43,519 bases of DNA from UHGV virus genome UHGV-0308184; one strand, written 5' to 3'. Shown piece after piece: positions 1 through 9,740 of this stretch. The position numbers and the translations under genes were made by a program. Each line of letters opens with the position of its first letter. The first letter of the stretch is position 1. The notes under the pieces are model-generated. The model was given only the letters and a program-made list of their open reading frames with translations. It was not told the origin of the DNA and searched no databases. The DNA comes from a virus.

Positions 1-522
1 ATGCAAGGAACAAATATTTTAGCAGCATTTGATTCTATTGGATATCGCATGGACGTTCTAGGTGGATCATTCATTTTTGCAGCTCATCCATTAACTGTAG
101 CAAGCATTAAAAATGCCATTCGTCCTAATCGTTACGGTATTCTTCCAGACGGCTGGACCATTAACGGAGAAAGTATTTTCTATAAAGGAGCACAAGTTTT
201 ACCTGATAAAACTGTACCAGTTGATGTTGAAAATGGCACAGGCGTTATTTGGCAATTGTCTGGTGAATCCGTAGGTGTATTCTTGGGGACAACTTTGCGT
301 CCTGCTGAAGACTATATTATTCGCAATCAATTTACAACAACAAACGATGTAAATAAAGGATGCGCAACAGAATGTGATATTTATTACAACTTAGGAAGTG
401 TAGTTACAAATAATGTAGCTCGATTAGCTGTAATTACAGATGTTCCTTTGGCTGCTGGAATCAACGCCTACTCATTAGCTAATTTATTAGATCGAGTATA
501 TGTAGAAACATTAGCTCCCTAG
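1..522 (+). CDS. Major capsid protein, C-terminal part. It continues 42863..43519 if the molecule is circular.
   Basis: The ORF starts exactly at the window edge. The last ORF of the window has no stop and ends in a complete codon at 43519, so the frames join. The combined length is about 392 aa, and it sits directly after a scaffold-like gene. Confidence 0.5.
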   Translation: MQGTNILAAFDSIGYRMDVLGGSFIFAAHPLTVASIKNAIRPNRYGILPDGWTINGESIFYKGAQVLPDKTVPVDVENGTGVIWQLSGESVGVFLGTTLRPAEDYIIRNQFTTTNDVNKGCATECDIYYNLGSVVTNNVARLAVITDVPLAAGINAYSLANLLDRVYVETLAP

Positions 523-541
523 AAAGTAAGGTGCTTACCTT

Positions 542-1249
542 ATGGATGAAATCATTGAGCAACTGAAAGAATTTTGCGATTGTTTTCCTTGTGATGTAGA
601 GGACAACAAGTTAGAGAAAACAGTTAAAGAAGCAATTCATTTAATAAGTTTATTAACTTGTTGGACTCAACGTCCTTGCGAAACATTTTTAATGAGTGAG
701 AGACAAGAAGTATTTGATATGGACAATTACTTACCTTGTTCGTGTGATGATGGAATTATGGAATTAGATTTATTCTATGCACCATTTGCTTTAGCATCAT
801 TCCGAGTTTTTTCTGTACATCGAGAAGGTGTAAAAGAAATCATTAGAGAATTAGATGAAAAAGAATTTGGTTATAGCGTTGTAAAAGACAAATTACTTGT
901 TGATATTCGAAACTATGCAAATAGGGAAAACGGATGTTGTGTTTGTAAAAAAGAACACCAGTTGCTAGTCTTATATGATGCTGGATTTGAAGAGTTACCT
1001 CAATGTTTATTACAACTTTTCTGCGATTTAATTCATGTAATTTACAACAAGAATAACTGTGATTGTCATGCTTGTGCTACTTGTCAAGATAATTCAGATA
1101 GCGGCTTTATTGCAAATGAAGCGATGACAACAGATGAGTTAGTAGAAAGCTACCTCAATAAACTAGTAATAGACAGCTACCGAAAACAATTAGGTCTTAT
1201 TAGCCTTTGTGGTAAAAGTCTAGAACAGATTTGGGGGATTAGAGTATGA
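542..1249 (+). CDS. Cysteine-rich hypothetical virion protein in the head-tail connector position, with about 17 Cys in 235 aa.
   Basis: RBS AAGGTG lies upstream. Clusters include FCDCFPC, PCSCDD, GCCVCKK, and NCDCHACATC. It is the first gene after the capsid gene. Confidence 0.5.
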   Translation: MDEIIEQLKEFCDCFPCDVEDNKLEKTVKEAIHLISLLTCWTQRPCETFLMSERQEVFDMDNYLPCSCDDGIMELDLFYAPFALASFRVFSVHREGVKEIIRELDEKEFGYSVVKDKLLVDIRNYANRENGCCVCKKEHQLLVLYDAGFEELPQCLLQLFCDLIHVIYNKNNCDCHACATCQDNSDSGFIANEAMTTDELVESYLNKLVIDSYRKQLGLISLCGKSLEQIWGIRV

Positions 1250-1461
1250 AAGTTCGATTTTTAGGCGTTCGTGAACACATTAGCGCTACAGGTTGTTCGT
1301 CCTGTGGAGCGAAAAGGTATGCCAGTGGTTTAAAGACAGAAAAGACATTTTTCTTACCAAGCGGAAAAAGATTAGATGTTGAGTTTAATCATGAATATGA
1401 AACCACTGATACAGACGGAATGTTTTTGCTTGAAAGTGGGCATTTCGAGGAAGTGTTTTAA
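1246..1461 (+). CDS. Hypothetical small protein of 71 aa with a CSSC pair.
   Basis: ATGA overlap with the upstream gene suggests translational coupling. Confidence 0.45.
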   Translation: MKVRFLGVREHISATGCSSCGAKRYASGLKTEKTFFLPSGKRLDVEFNHEYETTDTDGMFLLESGHFEEVF

Positions 1462-1851
1462 ATGGCACTAAAAAAGATAGTTATTCAATCAATTGAAAAA
1501 GAGATAGATAATTATGCAAAAAAAATGGAAAAAATTATAAAAGAAGAAGCTCACGTTAAAACAGGAGCGTTGAGAGATTCGATAACAATAGAAAAGGAAA
1601 GTGACGGGAGTAGATTAATAGGAGTTGATGTCGCGAAACTGAAATCCGATCCTCGCAATGTTGGAGGCTTAGATTACTCTATTCCTTATTACAAAGGTCA
1701 TAGTGGCTACACGATAAGGCCAAGAAAGGCAAAGGCTTTGAGTTGGGTTGGTAAAGATGGCAAACGTCATTTTGCTAAAAGTGTTTATATACCACCCCAC
1801 GCAGGTGATCCTTTTTTGAAGCGAGCTGTGTTACGTAGACCAAAATTATAG
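1462..1851 (+). CDS. HK97 gp10-like head-tail or tail-completion protein.
   Basis: TGALRDSI-type motif and 129 aa, typical of the gp10 family. Position is between the capsid and the major tail gene. Confidence 0.5.
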   Translation: MALKKIVIQSIEKEIDNYAKKMEKIIKEEAHVKTGALRDSITIEKESDGSRLIGVDVAKLKSDPRNVGGLDYSIPYYKGHSGYTIRPRKAKALSWVGKDGKRHFAKSVYIPPHAGDPFLKRAVLRRPKL

Positions 1852-1863
1852 GAGGTATATCAA

Positions 1864-2304
1864 ATGGCGAAACGTGCAATGAATGCATTAGCAGCAGATG
1901 GTGAAACGACTTATCAGTTATCAGCTAAAGACTATACAATCGGTGATTCTGAAGTCACAGGTGTGTATGATAATGAAAAAGCTGTAACTATTAAATTATT
2001 TGTAGACGACGTAGCAGTGGATGAGATCACACCTGATAATTCAAAAAATATTTATGCTATTTCTACAAGTAAAACTACTATTGTTAAAGATAGTAAAGTG
2101 GAAGTTGCAGAATATGATGCAGATAAGAATGAATTAACAAAAATTCTAGTTACTGTAATTGACCCAAATGGAGGAGGAAATGAGATGGATGAAAAAGAAA
2201 AGATTGATAAATTCATTTCACGAAAATTAACAGTATTAAATGAAAAAGACGGTATTGTCTATGAACAGCTAGCAATCCGAGTTATTCAAGTTAATCAAAA
2301 ATAA
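1864..2304 (+). CDS. Hypothetical tail component (tail terminator or completion position).
   Basis: Good RBS GGAGGT and a position immediately upstream of the putative major tail protein. Confidence 0.45.
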   Translation: MAKRAMNALAADGETTYQLSAKDYTIGDSEVTGVYDNEKAVTIKLFVDDVAVDEITPDNSKNIYAISTSKTTIVKDSKVEVAEYDADKNELTKILVTVIDPNGGGNEMDEKEKIDKFISRKLTVLNEKDGIVYEQLAIRVIQVNQK

Positions 2305-2319
2305 TAGGAGGAATTAGAC

Positions 2320-3654
2320 ATGGGAAAATGTAATATAGAGCAAGTTCTTTCAATGATTGGTGTTAACAAATTAACGAAGGCACAGGAACTGTTTTTTTCG
2401 GTTCTACAGGACAATGACTCTTGTGTAAAAATTAAAACCAGTGACTACTTGGAAATCATTGGAGACAAATCAGCATTCAATAAATATTTACGACCAGAGG
2501 ATGCATTTAATTGCTTAGCAGAAGGATGTAGAAACACAGGTGGATTATTAATTACAGGCAACGAATTTCCGTTAGGGGCTACCTTTAAAAAAGTTACTGA
2601 TGCGACTGATTTTTATGCTGGTGCAACCACTTTTTATTTAGATTTGCCAAAAGATGGAACATACACTATCGAATTTAAAATTGCAGCAATTAATGACAAT
2701 AGTTTTGTAAATGCTGATGTATATAGAAAAAAATTCACTGGAACTAAGGGCTATAATCCTATTTTTATTGATTTTTCAGTCGTTCCTGAAGAAGTTTTAG
2801 GCGAAGGTTGGCAAGCAAATGAACGTGGTGTTTATGTGTCAATTACTGTGACAACTGAAGAAGAAATTCCATTAAAACAAATTCATATTTCTTCGATTAG
2901 TTTTTACAACTCAATCGAAGAATTACAAAATGATGAAGTTGTAACGATTGGATGTATTACAGAATACGGTGGAGACATGACTATGGATGTTGCCGATAGT
3001 GTATGTTTTGGTGCTAAGTATGATCCATCAAGCGCTAGTATTACTCGTACATTCACAGGTGGCAAAACAAGCGGAAACTACTGGTTACTTAATCCATTTA
3101 TGCGTCGAGGGGATTTATCAAAAGGGTGGACAGTTGTTAAAGAGAAAGATAAAGTTCGTGAACTCACTATTGACGGCCGACGTTATGGGTATATCTTGTT
3201 AAACGGTTTATCAAAACAAGAATGCTCTTTCTCTAAAGCTTTAGTTGCAAGTGAATGTAACTTTACTGATGCAGAATTAACTAAAGTCAACCTCCCAGAT
3301 GTAGCAGTATTAAACGAAAAACAATACCAAATTATTAAGCATGGCGAATATGATGGATATTTAATTGTTCATGAACGTTTGATCGGACAGCCATTGTTAT
3401 ATGCATACCCTAAAGAGGTTTCTATTGAGCAATACGTCGGTGAAGATGACGCATATGAAGGACGCCGTGTACGTCTATTCTTCCCAACTGTTCAGACAGA
3501 TGGTGTGAAAGTGAACTATATTTTCAACAATGTATTAGTTACTTCATTCCCTACGACTTTAAGTAATACAGATGAAACTACATTTGAATTTGAAGTATCT
3601 ATTCAAAAGGATAACAATGGTCGATTCTTTGAAGTTCAGAAAATTATTGAATAA
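2320..3654 (+). CDS. Putative major tail protein, 444 aa, probably with a C-terminal decoration domain.
   Basis: RBS AGGAGG lies upstream. It is the large gene directly upstream of the chaperone pair and the tape measure. Confidence 0.5.
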   Translation: MGKCNIEQVLSMIGVNKLTKAQELFFSVLQDNDSCVKIKTSDYLEIIGDKSAFNKYLRPEDAFNCLAEGCRNTGGLLITGNEFPLGATFKKVTDATDFYAGATTFYLDLPKDGTYTIEFKIAAINDNSFVNADVYRKKFTGTKGYNPIFIDFSVVPEEVLGEGWQANERGVYVSITVTTEEEIPLKQIHISSISFYNSIEELQNDEVVTIGCITEYGGDMTMDVADSVCFGAKYDPSSASITRTFTGGKTSGNYWLLNPFMRRGDLSKGWTVVKEKDKVRELTIDGRRYGYILLNGLSKQECSFSKALVASECNFTDAELTKVNLPDVAVLNEKQYQIIKHGEYDGYLIVHERLIGQPLLYAYPKEVSIEQYVGEDDAYEGRRVRLFFPTVQTDGVKVNYIFNNVLVTSFPTTLSNTDETTFEFEVSIQKDNNGRFFEVQKIIE

Positions 3655-3680
3655 TTATTTAAGAAAAGGGGATTTTTGTA

Positions 3681-4265
3681 ATGAAACAAAGCGATTTAAC
3701 GAAAATGATTACAAAAAATGATGTAATTGATATGAAACATAAAATGGATAAAACTCAGGATACAAGTAAGCCATATGCAGTAATTGACAACGATAATATT
3801 GCTGTTGTTGGTGACGCAAACGAGATTCAAAAAGTTGAAGAAAACTATGTGATCAAGTTTCGTGTTCCAAAAGAATTCTTTGAAGAAATTCCGTATGGAG
3901 CAACTACTGTAGATAAATATGTTATTTTCGAAGTTGAATACAGTAATGCAAGTGTAACAGGTATGAATGATTTAAAAATTGTAGATGCACTTTTGAACAT
4001 TCAACCATTTTTGAAGGAGTTTTACCAAAAAGACGAAGACGGCAAAGTAACTATTGTGGAAAAGACAGATCGAGAAGTTCTTAAAATGTTATCAACATCA
4101 GAGGACGAAGTTATTTATGGGTTTTATAAAGTGGTGGCAGCTTTCTTAGGTGTAGATGAAGAGTTAATCGAATACATGCTTCCATTTTCAGTGATTGAAA
4201 CTTTTACTGCATTAACAGAAAATCACCCAGAAGTGTTCAAAGAAGCAGATGCTTTTTTCGGATAA
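3681..4265 (+). CDS. Tail assembly chaperone, gpG-like.
   Basis: Conserved position before the tape measure. Its 3' end carries a slippery heptamer. Confidence 0.65.
   Translation: MKQSDLTKMITKNDVIDMKHKMDKTQDTSKPYAVIDNDNIAVVGDANEIQKVEENYVIKFRVPKEFFEEIPYGATTVDKYVIFEVEYSNASVTGMNDLKIVDALLNIQPFLKEFYQKDEDGKVTIVEKTDREVLKMLSTSEDEVIYGFYKVVAAFLGVDEELIEYMLPFSVIETFTALTENHPEVFKEADAFFG
4253..4259 (+). other. Programmed -1 ribosomal frameshift slippery site T_TTT_TTC.
   Basis: An X_XXY_YYZ heptamer sits in frame 4 nt before the stop of the 3681..4265 ORF. A -1 shift enters the frame of the 4268..4573 ORF. Confidence 0.6.
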
Positions 4266-4267
4266 TC

Positions 4268-4573
4268 GTGCGTGACAGTTTAAACAATGGTGTTTCATTA
4301 CAACAAGCGCAAGAAACGTATTTTGCTAAGTTTAATCATTATTCGTATATGGCTCATTTTGTAGCAAAAATCTTAGGACAACGTCCCAGCCATGTATTGA
4401 GTGGTTGGGGCGTTTCTGAATTGATTGTAGCATATGGCCATTATGCTAATGAGCAAAGTTATCAAAACTTTATGGATTGGAAGTCGTCACAAGAAAATGC
4501 ACCAAAACCTAAGCAACCACAACCATTTGTTGTTCAATTTATATCGCAAGATGAGCTGGAGGAGGTGGAATAA
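4268..4573 (+). CDS. Frameshift extension of the tail chaperone (gpT-like part of a G-T fusion, 3681..4573 via -1 PRF).
   Basis: The -1 frame is open from the slippery site to 4573. There is no independent RBS, and the track start is a GTG. Confidence 0.55.
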   Translation: MRDSLNNGVSLQQAQETYFAKFNHYSYMAHFVAKILGQRPSHVLSGWGVSELIVAYGHYANEQSYQNFMDWKSSQENAPKPKQPQPFVVQFISQDELEEVE

Positions 4574-7500
4574 TTGGCCGTTGAAAATATCTCCATTCGT
4601 ATTAAGGACAATATTAAAGATATAGAAAAAGAACTAGATAGTTTAGATCGACGAATAGCTAAACTAAAAGGTCAACGCCCTGCTATCGAGTGGAATACTA
4701 CGAAACTAAAAAAAGCAAAAGAAGAAATAAAAAATATTAATGTTGATATAAAAAAATTGCAAGCACAGAAAGCAACCATTAAGGCAGATGTAAATACTAA
4801 AGATGCAAAAGAAAAAATATCAACCTTAAATCAACAAATTAAACAACTACAATCTAGGAAAGCAAATTTACAAATAGTAACAACTCAGTTGCAAGGTTCA
4901 GAAGCACAACTTCGTAAACTAGACAATGAGATTAGTCGATTGAATAATCGCAAGGCTATGTTACAAATTGATAGTCGTGGTCTAGGAGAAACTGGAGAAG
5001 AGAGTCGAAAATTACAAAATAGTCTTCGAAGTATGAGTGAACGGACCTACAAGATAAATGTTTCATCAAATCTAGATAAGTTGAGCGGGCTAGCTAACAA
5101 TGCAAGCAATAAAATATTAGGAGCATTCAATCCTTTAACATCCAAACTAAATCAAATGCTTGGTGTAGGACTAGCTGTAAAGGCTGTTGATAAGGCAACT
5201 AGTATGATTACAAATTCTATCGATGGTTCTATTTCAAGATTAGATACTTTAAATAACTTTGAAAAAGTAATGTCAAATATGAATATTTCAGCCGACCAAG
5301 CCGATATCGCCAAAAGCAAACTTGTAAAAGGGCTAAATGGCTTGCCTACAACTTTAGATGATGCTGTTGCTTCAGTACAAAGGTTTACAGCAAATAATAA
5401 AGATGTACAGAAATCTGCGGATATATTCTTGGCATTAAATAATGCAATTTTAGCGGGTGGCATGTCACGAGAAATACAATCAAGCGCACTTGAGCAAATA
5501 TCTCAATCTTATTCTAAAGGTAAACCAGACATGATAGAATGGCGCTCGCTACTAACAGCAATGCCTGCCCAAGTGGATCAAATCGGGAAGAGTTTTGGTT
5601 TAACATCTGATCAATTGGGAGAAGCTTTAAGAAATGGAAATATCTCTATGGATCAATTTATGGATAGAATTGTGGAGATGAATAAAAACGGGGCAGAAGG
5701 ATTCAAATCATTTGAAGAACAAGCTAGAAATTCTGTTGGTGGCGTTCGAACTGGTATGTCTATTATGAATTCAGCTATAACACGTGGAGTGACCTCGATT
5801 ATCGATACATTTGATAAGATGGCGAAGGATAAAGGCCTGGGAGGAATTGCAGGTGTATTTGGAAAAATTGGTGCTGCTTTCGAAGATAATTTAAAAAAAA
5901 TAGGAGCTTTTGCAGAAGAACATTCAGATGATATATTTCGTTTTTTTGACAAAGTAGTGAAATTTTTAAGCACTATTGATTATGCTTCATTTTTTGAGGG
6001 ACTAGGTAAAGGAATAAAGGGTGTAAAAGATGATGCTGTTGGATTATTCAATCTATTGAAACCTATATTTGAATTTTTAGGTAAGGGAGATACTTTGAAA
6101 GGCCTAGGTGCATTTATTCCACGATTATTTGAATTTGGGGTAGCTTTAAAGTTTATAGCTATTAGTGCCAAAGGGCTTTCTATATTATCCAAAGTTTTTG
6201 GAGTATTCGGTAAAATAAAATTGCCTAAATTCGGTAAAGGTGGAGGAGCATCAGAAATCGTAAAACCATTAGAGAGTTTAAAATCTATTGGGACTGGTTT
6301 TTTAAAAAATGCTGGTAACCTTGCGTTATTATTCGGAGCAATAAAAGTGCTTGAAGAAGGCGCAGAAGCAATGAAACAACTAGATGAAAAAATACCAAAT
6401 GATTTTACAGGGCTAGCTAAAAAAACAGCGAGCATGAGTCTGGCTATCAGTGCAATTGGGGGTCTGGCTTTTATAGCTAGTAAATTAAATTTTACTGATA
6501 ATTTAAAAGGGATTGCAAGTATTGCATTAATCTCAGTAGATTTAATGATTGCAAGTGAAGCGATGAACCAACTCAATGAGAAAGTACCAAACAATATTGG
6601 AATTGTCGCTAAGAAACTAGGGAGTTTATCAATTGCAATCGGGGCTATGGCAGGATTAGTTGTTATTGCAGGCGCTTTTTCATCTGCTAATCCAATGATG
6701 GCTATATCAGGATTAGCTAGTGTAGCACTCCTATCACTAGAATTAATGATTGCAAGCGAAGCACTATCACAATTAAATGAAAAAGTACCTTCAGATATTG
6801 CAACAATAGCTAAAAAGGTTGCTAATATCGGTATAGCAATTGGTGCAATGGGTCTTTTAGTTGGAGTAATAGGTGGTTTAAGTATTGCTACATTCCCTGC
6901 AGCAATCGCTGGTTTGGCAGCTGTAGCACTACTAGCAGGAGAATTAATGCTAGTTTCTGAATCAATTAACCAATTGAATAAAAAGGTTCCTGAAGATATT
7001 ACAAGTGTTAAAAATAAGCTTGAGAGTTTAGAAGAAGTTTTAAGCTATATGGCGAAATCCAGTATTGGAAAAATTTCATCTTTATTCAAAGGAATAATAG
7101 GTACTTTTACTGCATCGACATATGTACAAGTTATCGATGGTTTGATAGAAGTGTCAAATGGATTGAAACGTCTAGCTAGTGCTTCAGAAGATATAAATAG
7201 TGCAAAACTTGTAAATAATATATATGACATCAATAAAGCAGTTGAAGTTATTGGTGGAAAAGATAATATTTTTGAGAAATTAGGAAGCTTAATGAAAGGT
7301 AAAGTTGACACTGCTATTTTTGATGAGATGGAAAATATATTAAATAAAATGATTTCTCTATCTAATAAAATGAAAACTTTACAAGAAAATAAATTTTCAA
7401 TATCTGATATTACAAGTAAAGTTACAGTTATAAAAGATATATTAGAAAAGTTAGATCCTGCTGATTGGGATATTGCGAAATCTGGAGTCGTTTCATCTAA

Positions 7501-9736
7501 AATTATTGATCAAGCAGATACTACTATATTCTGGTTAAATAAATTAAGCAAAAAGTTAGCAGCATTATCAGAAAGTAAGTTAGAAACGGGTTCAGTGCAA
7601 AATGTACTACAAAATATTAAAGGTGCATTACGTATGCTAACTAATGAAAGTTGGAGTGATTTCATTGGTGGAGTTGTGCCAAAAGATTTTATAGATATGA
7701 CGGGCCAAAGTGTGGATGGTTTGAATAGCATTAACAAAAAGCTGTCTAAACTATCAGAAACTTCTTTTGACTTAGGAAAAACTCAAACCATGATAGCAAA
7801 TCTAAAATCCTCATTACGTATGTTGCAAATTAAATCTTGGGGCGACTTCGATGGGGGAATAGTTGAACGTGGAACATTAGATAAACTAGACACTGCAGTT
7901 TATTGGTTAAGTAGTATAGCTAAAAAATTTGGAACACTTTCTAATTTTGAATTTGATGGTGGCAAGTTACAAGGAATAATAGCAAATATCAAAGGTGCTT
8001 TAAGATTATTGCAAGCAGATAGTTGGACCGATTTTAATGAAGGAATTGTTGGTAAAAGATTATTGGACCAGTTAGACACATCAATTTACTGGTTGAATAA
8101 AGTGGGCAGTAAATTAAATGAACTTTCGAATTTACCATTAGAAACAGGTAAGGCACAATCTGTTATTCAAAATATCAAAGGATCTATTCGAATGTTAAGA
8201 ATCGATTCATGGAGTGATTTTAATGATGGATTTGTTGATAGGGAAATGCTTAGCGGATTAGATGTAGCTGTATTATGGGTCACTAAAGTAGCAAATCGTT
8301 TAACAGGTCTTTCGGGAATAAATATCGAAACTGACAAAATAAATTCCACTATTGCAAGTACCAAAGGGGCATTAAGAATGTTTCAGGCTAGCTCTTGGCG
8401 AGATTACAATGAAGGAATAGTCAAAGCTGACTTTATAAAAGCTTTGGATTTAGTTTTGATAAACTTTATACAATTAGCAAATAGAGTTAATGGATTAGCT
8501 AGTATCACACTAGAAAATGATAAAGTCCATTCAACAATTACCGCTGTTAAAGGTGTTATTAATAGGTTAACGATAGATACTTTTCCTGATTCAAACACGA
8601 TGATTGGTGAAGATGTCATTGATAAAATCGACACTACAGTTTATAGACTGATAACATTAGCAAATAGAATTAATCAGATTCCTCAATTAACATTGGGTGT
8701 TGATGAATTGAGTAATAATATAAAAAGTATTAAATATGTCGCAACAGAGATGGCCATTAGTAAGTGGCAAGGGATATCTGAAGGCGTTATAAGCAGCGAA
8801 ACGTTAGGTATGATTGTTTCATCTGTTAGTAAGTTAGGAACGATATCAAATAAATTAAGTGTATTAAACGCATTACCATTTGATTGGACGAGTGTATTAA
8901 ACAACGTTAACCGAATGAAATCAATCATTGAACTAATGAACACATTTCCAAGTGCAAAAGGACTGGATAGTATACCCGAGCTAGTCGAATCTTTTAAAAA
9001 CTTACTTATTACGTTACAAGGTCTAGAATCTAAATTTGAACCAATTGGGAAATCATATGGACAGCAAGTTATTAATGGATTCAAAAATGCTGATGTTCCT
9101 TCTAAAATCAAAAAAGTTATTGATGATTTAATAACTAATTTAAGAAATAAAGATACCGAGTTTAATAATGTTGGTAAAGGATTTGGGGATAGTCTGAAAT
9201 CAGGATTTACAAATGCACTACAAGGTTTAGATAGTAATATTGATAGTTATGTTACATCTATTAATAACAAAATTTCTTCTATTCAAACCAATCTAAATTC
9301 ATTAACAGCGCCTAGTCTTACTGTTGATGTAACAGAAAATGTGAAGACTCGAAGAGTTACACGTGCAAATGGAGGCATTATACCTCAGTATCGAGCAAAC
9401 GGTGGAAGCATTATGAAACATATTTTTAAATCCAAAGGTACAGATCGTGTTCCAGCAATGTTAACTGCTGGAGAATATGTTCAACGTAAAAAAGCAGTAG
9501 ATCATTTCGGAATTGACTTTATGGAACGGATCAATAACTTAGATCTAAGTGGAGCACTAGCTAGTATCACTAATCGATTTGGAAATAGTCAACCTGTCTC
9601 AAATGTAATGAATAGATATTATAATACGACAAAAAATACAAGAAATAACAATAATACAATTAACCAAAATATTAGTATGACTGGAAATCCTAATTTTGCC
9701 AATTTGCGTGCAAATAGATTTTTGAGAGGAGTGTAA
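4574..9736 (+). CDS. Tail tape measure protein, 1720 aa.
   Basis: Size, N-terminal coiled coil, internal hydrophobic segments, and two tandem repeat arrays. It starts at TTG with RBS GGAGGAGGTG. Confidence 0.9.
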   Translation: MAVENISIRIKDNIKDIEKELDSLDRRIAKLKGQRPAIEWNTTKLKKAKEEIKNINVDIKKLQAQKATIKADVNTKDAKEKISTLNQQIKQLQSRKANLQIVTTQLQGSEAQLRKLDNEISRLNNRKAMLQIDSRGLGETGEESRKLQNSLRSMSERTYKINVSSNLDKLSGLANNASNKILGAFNPLTSKLNQMLGVGLAVKAVDKATSMITNSIDGSISRLDTLNNFEKVMSNMNISADQADIAKSKLVKGLNGLPTTLDDAVASVQRFTANNKDVQKSADIFLALNNAILAGGMSREIQSSALEQISQSYSKGKPDMIEWRSLLTAMPAQVDQIGKSFGLTSDQLGEALRNGNISMDQFMDRIVEMNKNGAEGFKSFEEQARNSVGGVRTGMSIMNSAITRGVTSIIDTFDKMAKDKGLGGIAGVFGKIGAAFEDNLKKIGAFAEEHSDDIFRFFDKVVKFLSTIDYASFFEGLGKGIKGVKDDAVGLFNLLKPIFEFLGKGDTLKGLGAFIPRLFEFGVALKFIAISAKGLSILSKVFGVFGKIKLPKFGKGGGASEIVKPLESLKSIGTGFLKNAGNLALLFGAIKVLEEGAEAMKQLDEKIPNDFTGLAKKTASMSLAISAIGGLAFIASKLNFTDNLKGIASIALISVDLMIASEAMNQLNEKVPNNIGIVAKKLGSLSIAIGAMAGLVVIAGAFSSANPMMAISGLASVALLSLELMIASEALSQLNEKVPSDIATIAKKVANIGIAIGAMGLLVGVIGGLSIATFPAAIAGLAAVALLAGELMLVSESINQLNKKVPEDITSVKNKLESLEEVLSYMAKSSIGKISSLFKGIIGTFTASTYVQVIDGLIEVSNGLKRLASASEDINSAKLVNNIYDINKAVEVIGGKDNIFEKLGSLMKGKVDTAIFDEMENILNKMISLSNKMKTLQENKFSISDITSKVTVIKDILEKLDPADWDIAKSGVVSSKIIDQADTTIFWLNKLSKKLAALSESKLETGSVQNVLQNIKGALRMLTNESWSDFIGGVVPKDFIDMTGQSVDGLNSINKKLSKLSETSFDLGKTQTMIANLKSSLRMLQIKSWGDFDGGIVERGTLDKLDTAVYWLSSIAKKFGTLSNFEFDGGKLQGIIANIKGALRLLQADSWTDFNEGIVGKRLLDQLDTSIYWLNKVGSKLNELSNLPLETGKAQSVIQNIKGSIRMLRIDSWSDFNDGFVDREMLSGLDVAVLWVTKVANRLTGLSGINIETDKINSTIASTKGALRMFQASSWRDYNEGIVKADFIKALDLVLINFIQLANRVNGLASITLENDKVHSTITAVKGVINRLTIDTFPDSNTMIGEDVIDKIDTTVYRLITLANRINQIPQLTLGVDELSNNIKSIKYVATEMAISKWQGISEGVISSETLGMIVSSVSKLGTISNKLSVLNALPFDWTSVLNNVNRMKSIIELMNTFPSAKGLDSIPELVESFKNLLITLQGLESKFEPIGKSYGQQVINGFKNADVPSKIKKVIDDLITNLRNKDTEFNNVGKGFGDSLKSGFTNALQGLDSNIDSYVTSINNKISSIQTNLNSLTAPSLTVDVTENVKTRRVTRANGGIIPQYRANGGSIMKHIFKSKGTDRVPAMLTAGEYVQRKKAVDHFGIDFMERINNLDLSGALASITNRFGNSQPVSNVMNRYYNTTKNTRNNNNTINQNISMTGNPNFANLRANRFLRGV
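6367..7030 (+). repeat. Four tandem coding repeats of about 195 bp inside the tape measure (L-N-E-K-V-P motif).
   Basis: AMKQLDEKIP, AMNQLNEKVP, ALSQLNEKVP, and SINQLNKKVP recur at about 65-aa spacing. Confidence 0.7.
7480..8900 (+). repeat. About eight tandem coding repeats of about 185 bp inside the tape measure (DT..YWL...KL...IKGALRML..SW.DF motif).
   Basis: The motif recurs near 7521, 7711, 7892, 8075, 8263, 8450, 8632, and 8800. Coordinates are approximate. Confidence 0.7.
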
Positions 9737-9740
9737 ATTG

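Noticed and set aside
2987-3202. Nested + strand ORFs inside larger genes (2987..3202, 4434..4625, 16083..16265, 37552..37752, 42462..42728).
   Set aside because: They are in alternative frames within well-supported genes, have no RBS, and their lysine-rich or low-complexity products reflect AT-rich coding sequence.
5152-9111. Minus-strand ORFs inside the tape measure gene (5152..5463, 5653..5973, 5980..6594, 7045..7311, 7510..7737, 8167..8364, 8404..8634, 8683..9111).
   Set aside because: They are antisense to a long, clearly coding, repeat-containing gene. They have no RBS and their products are low-complexity. They are shadow ORFs.
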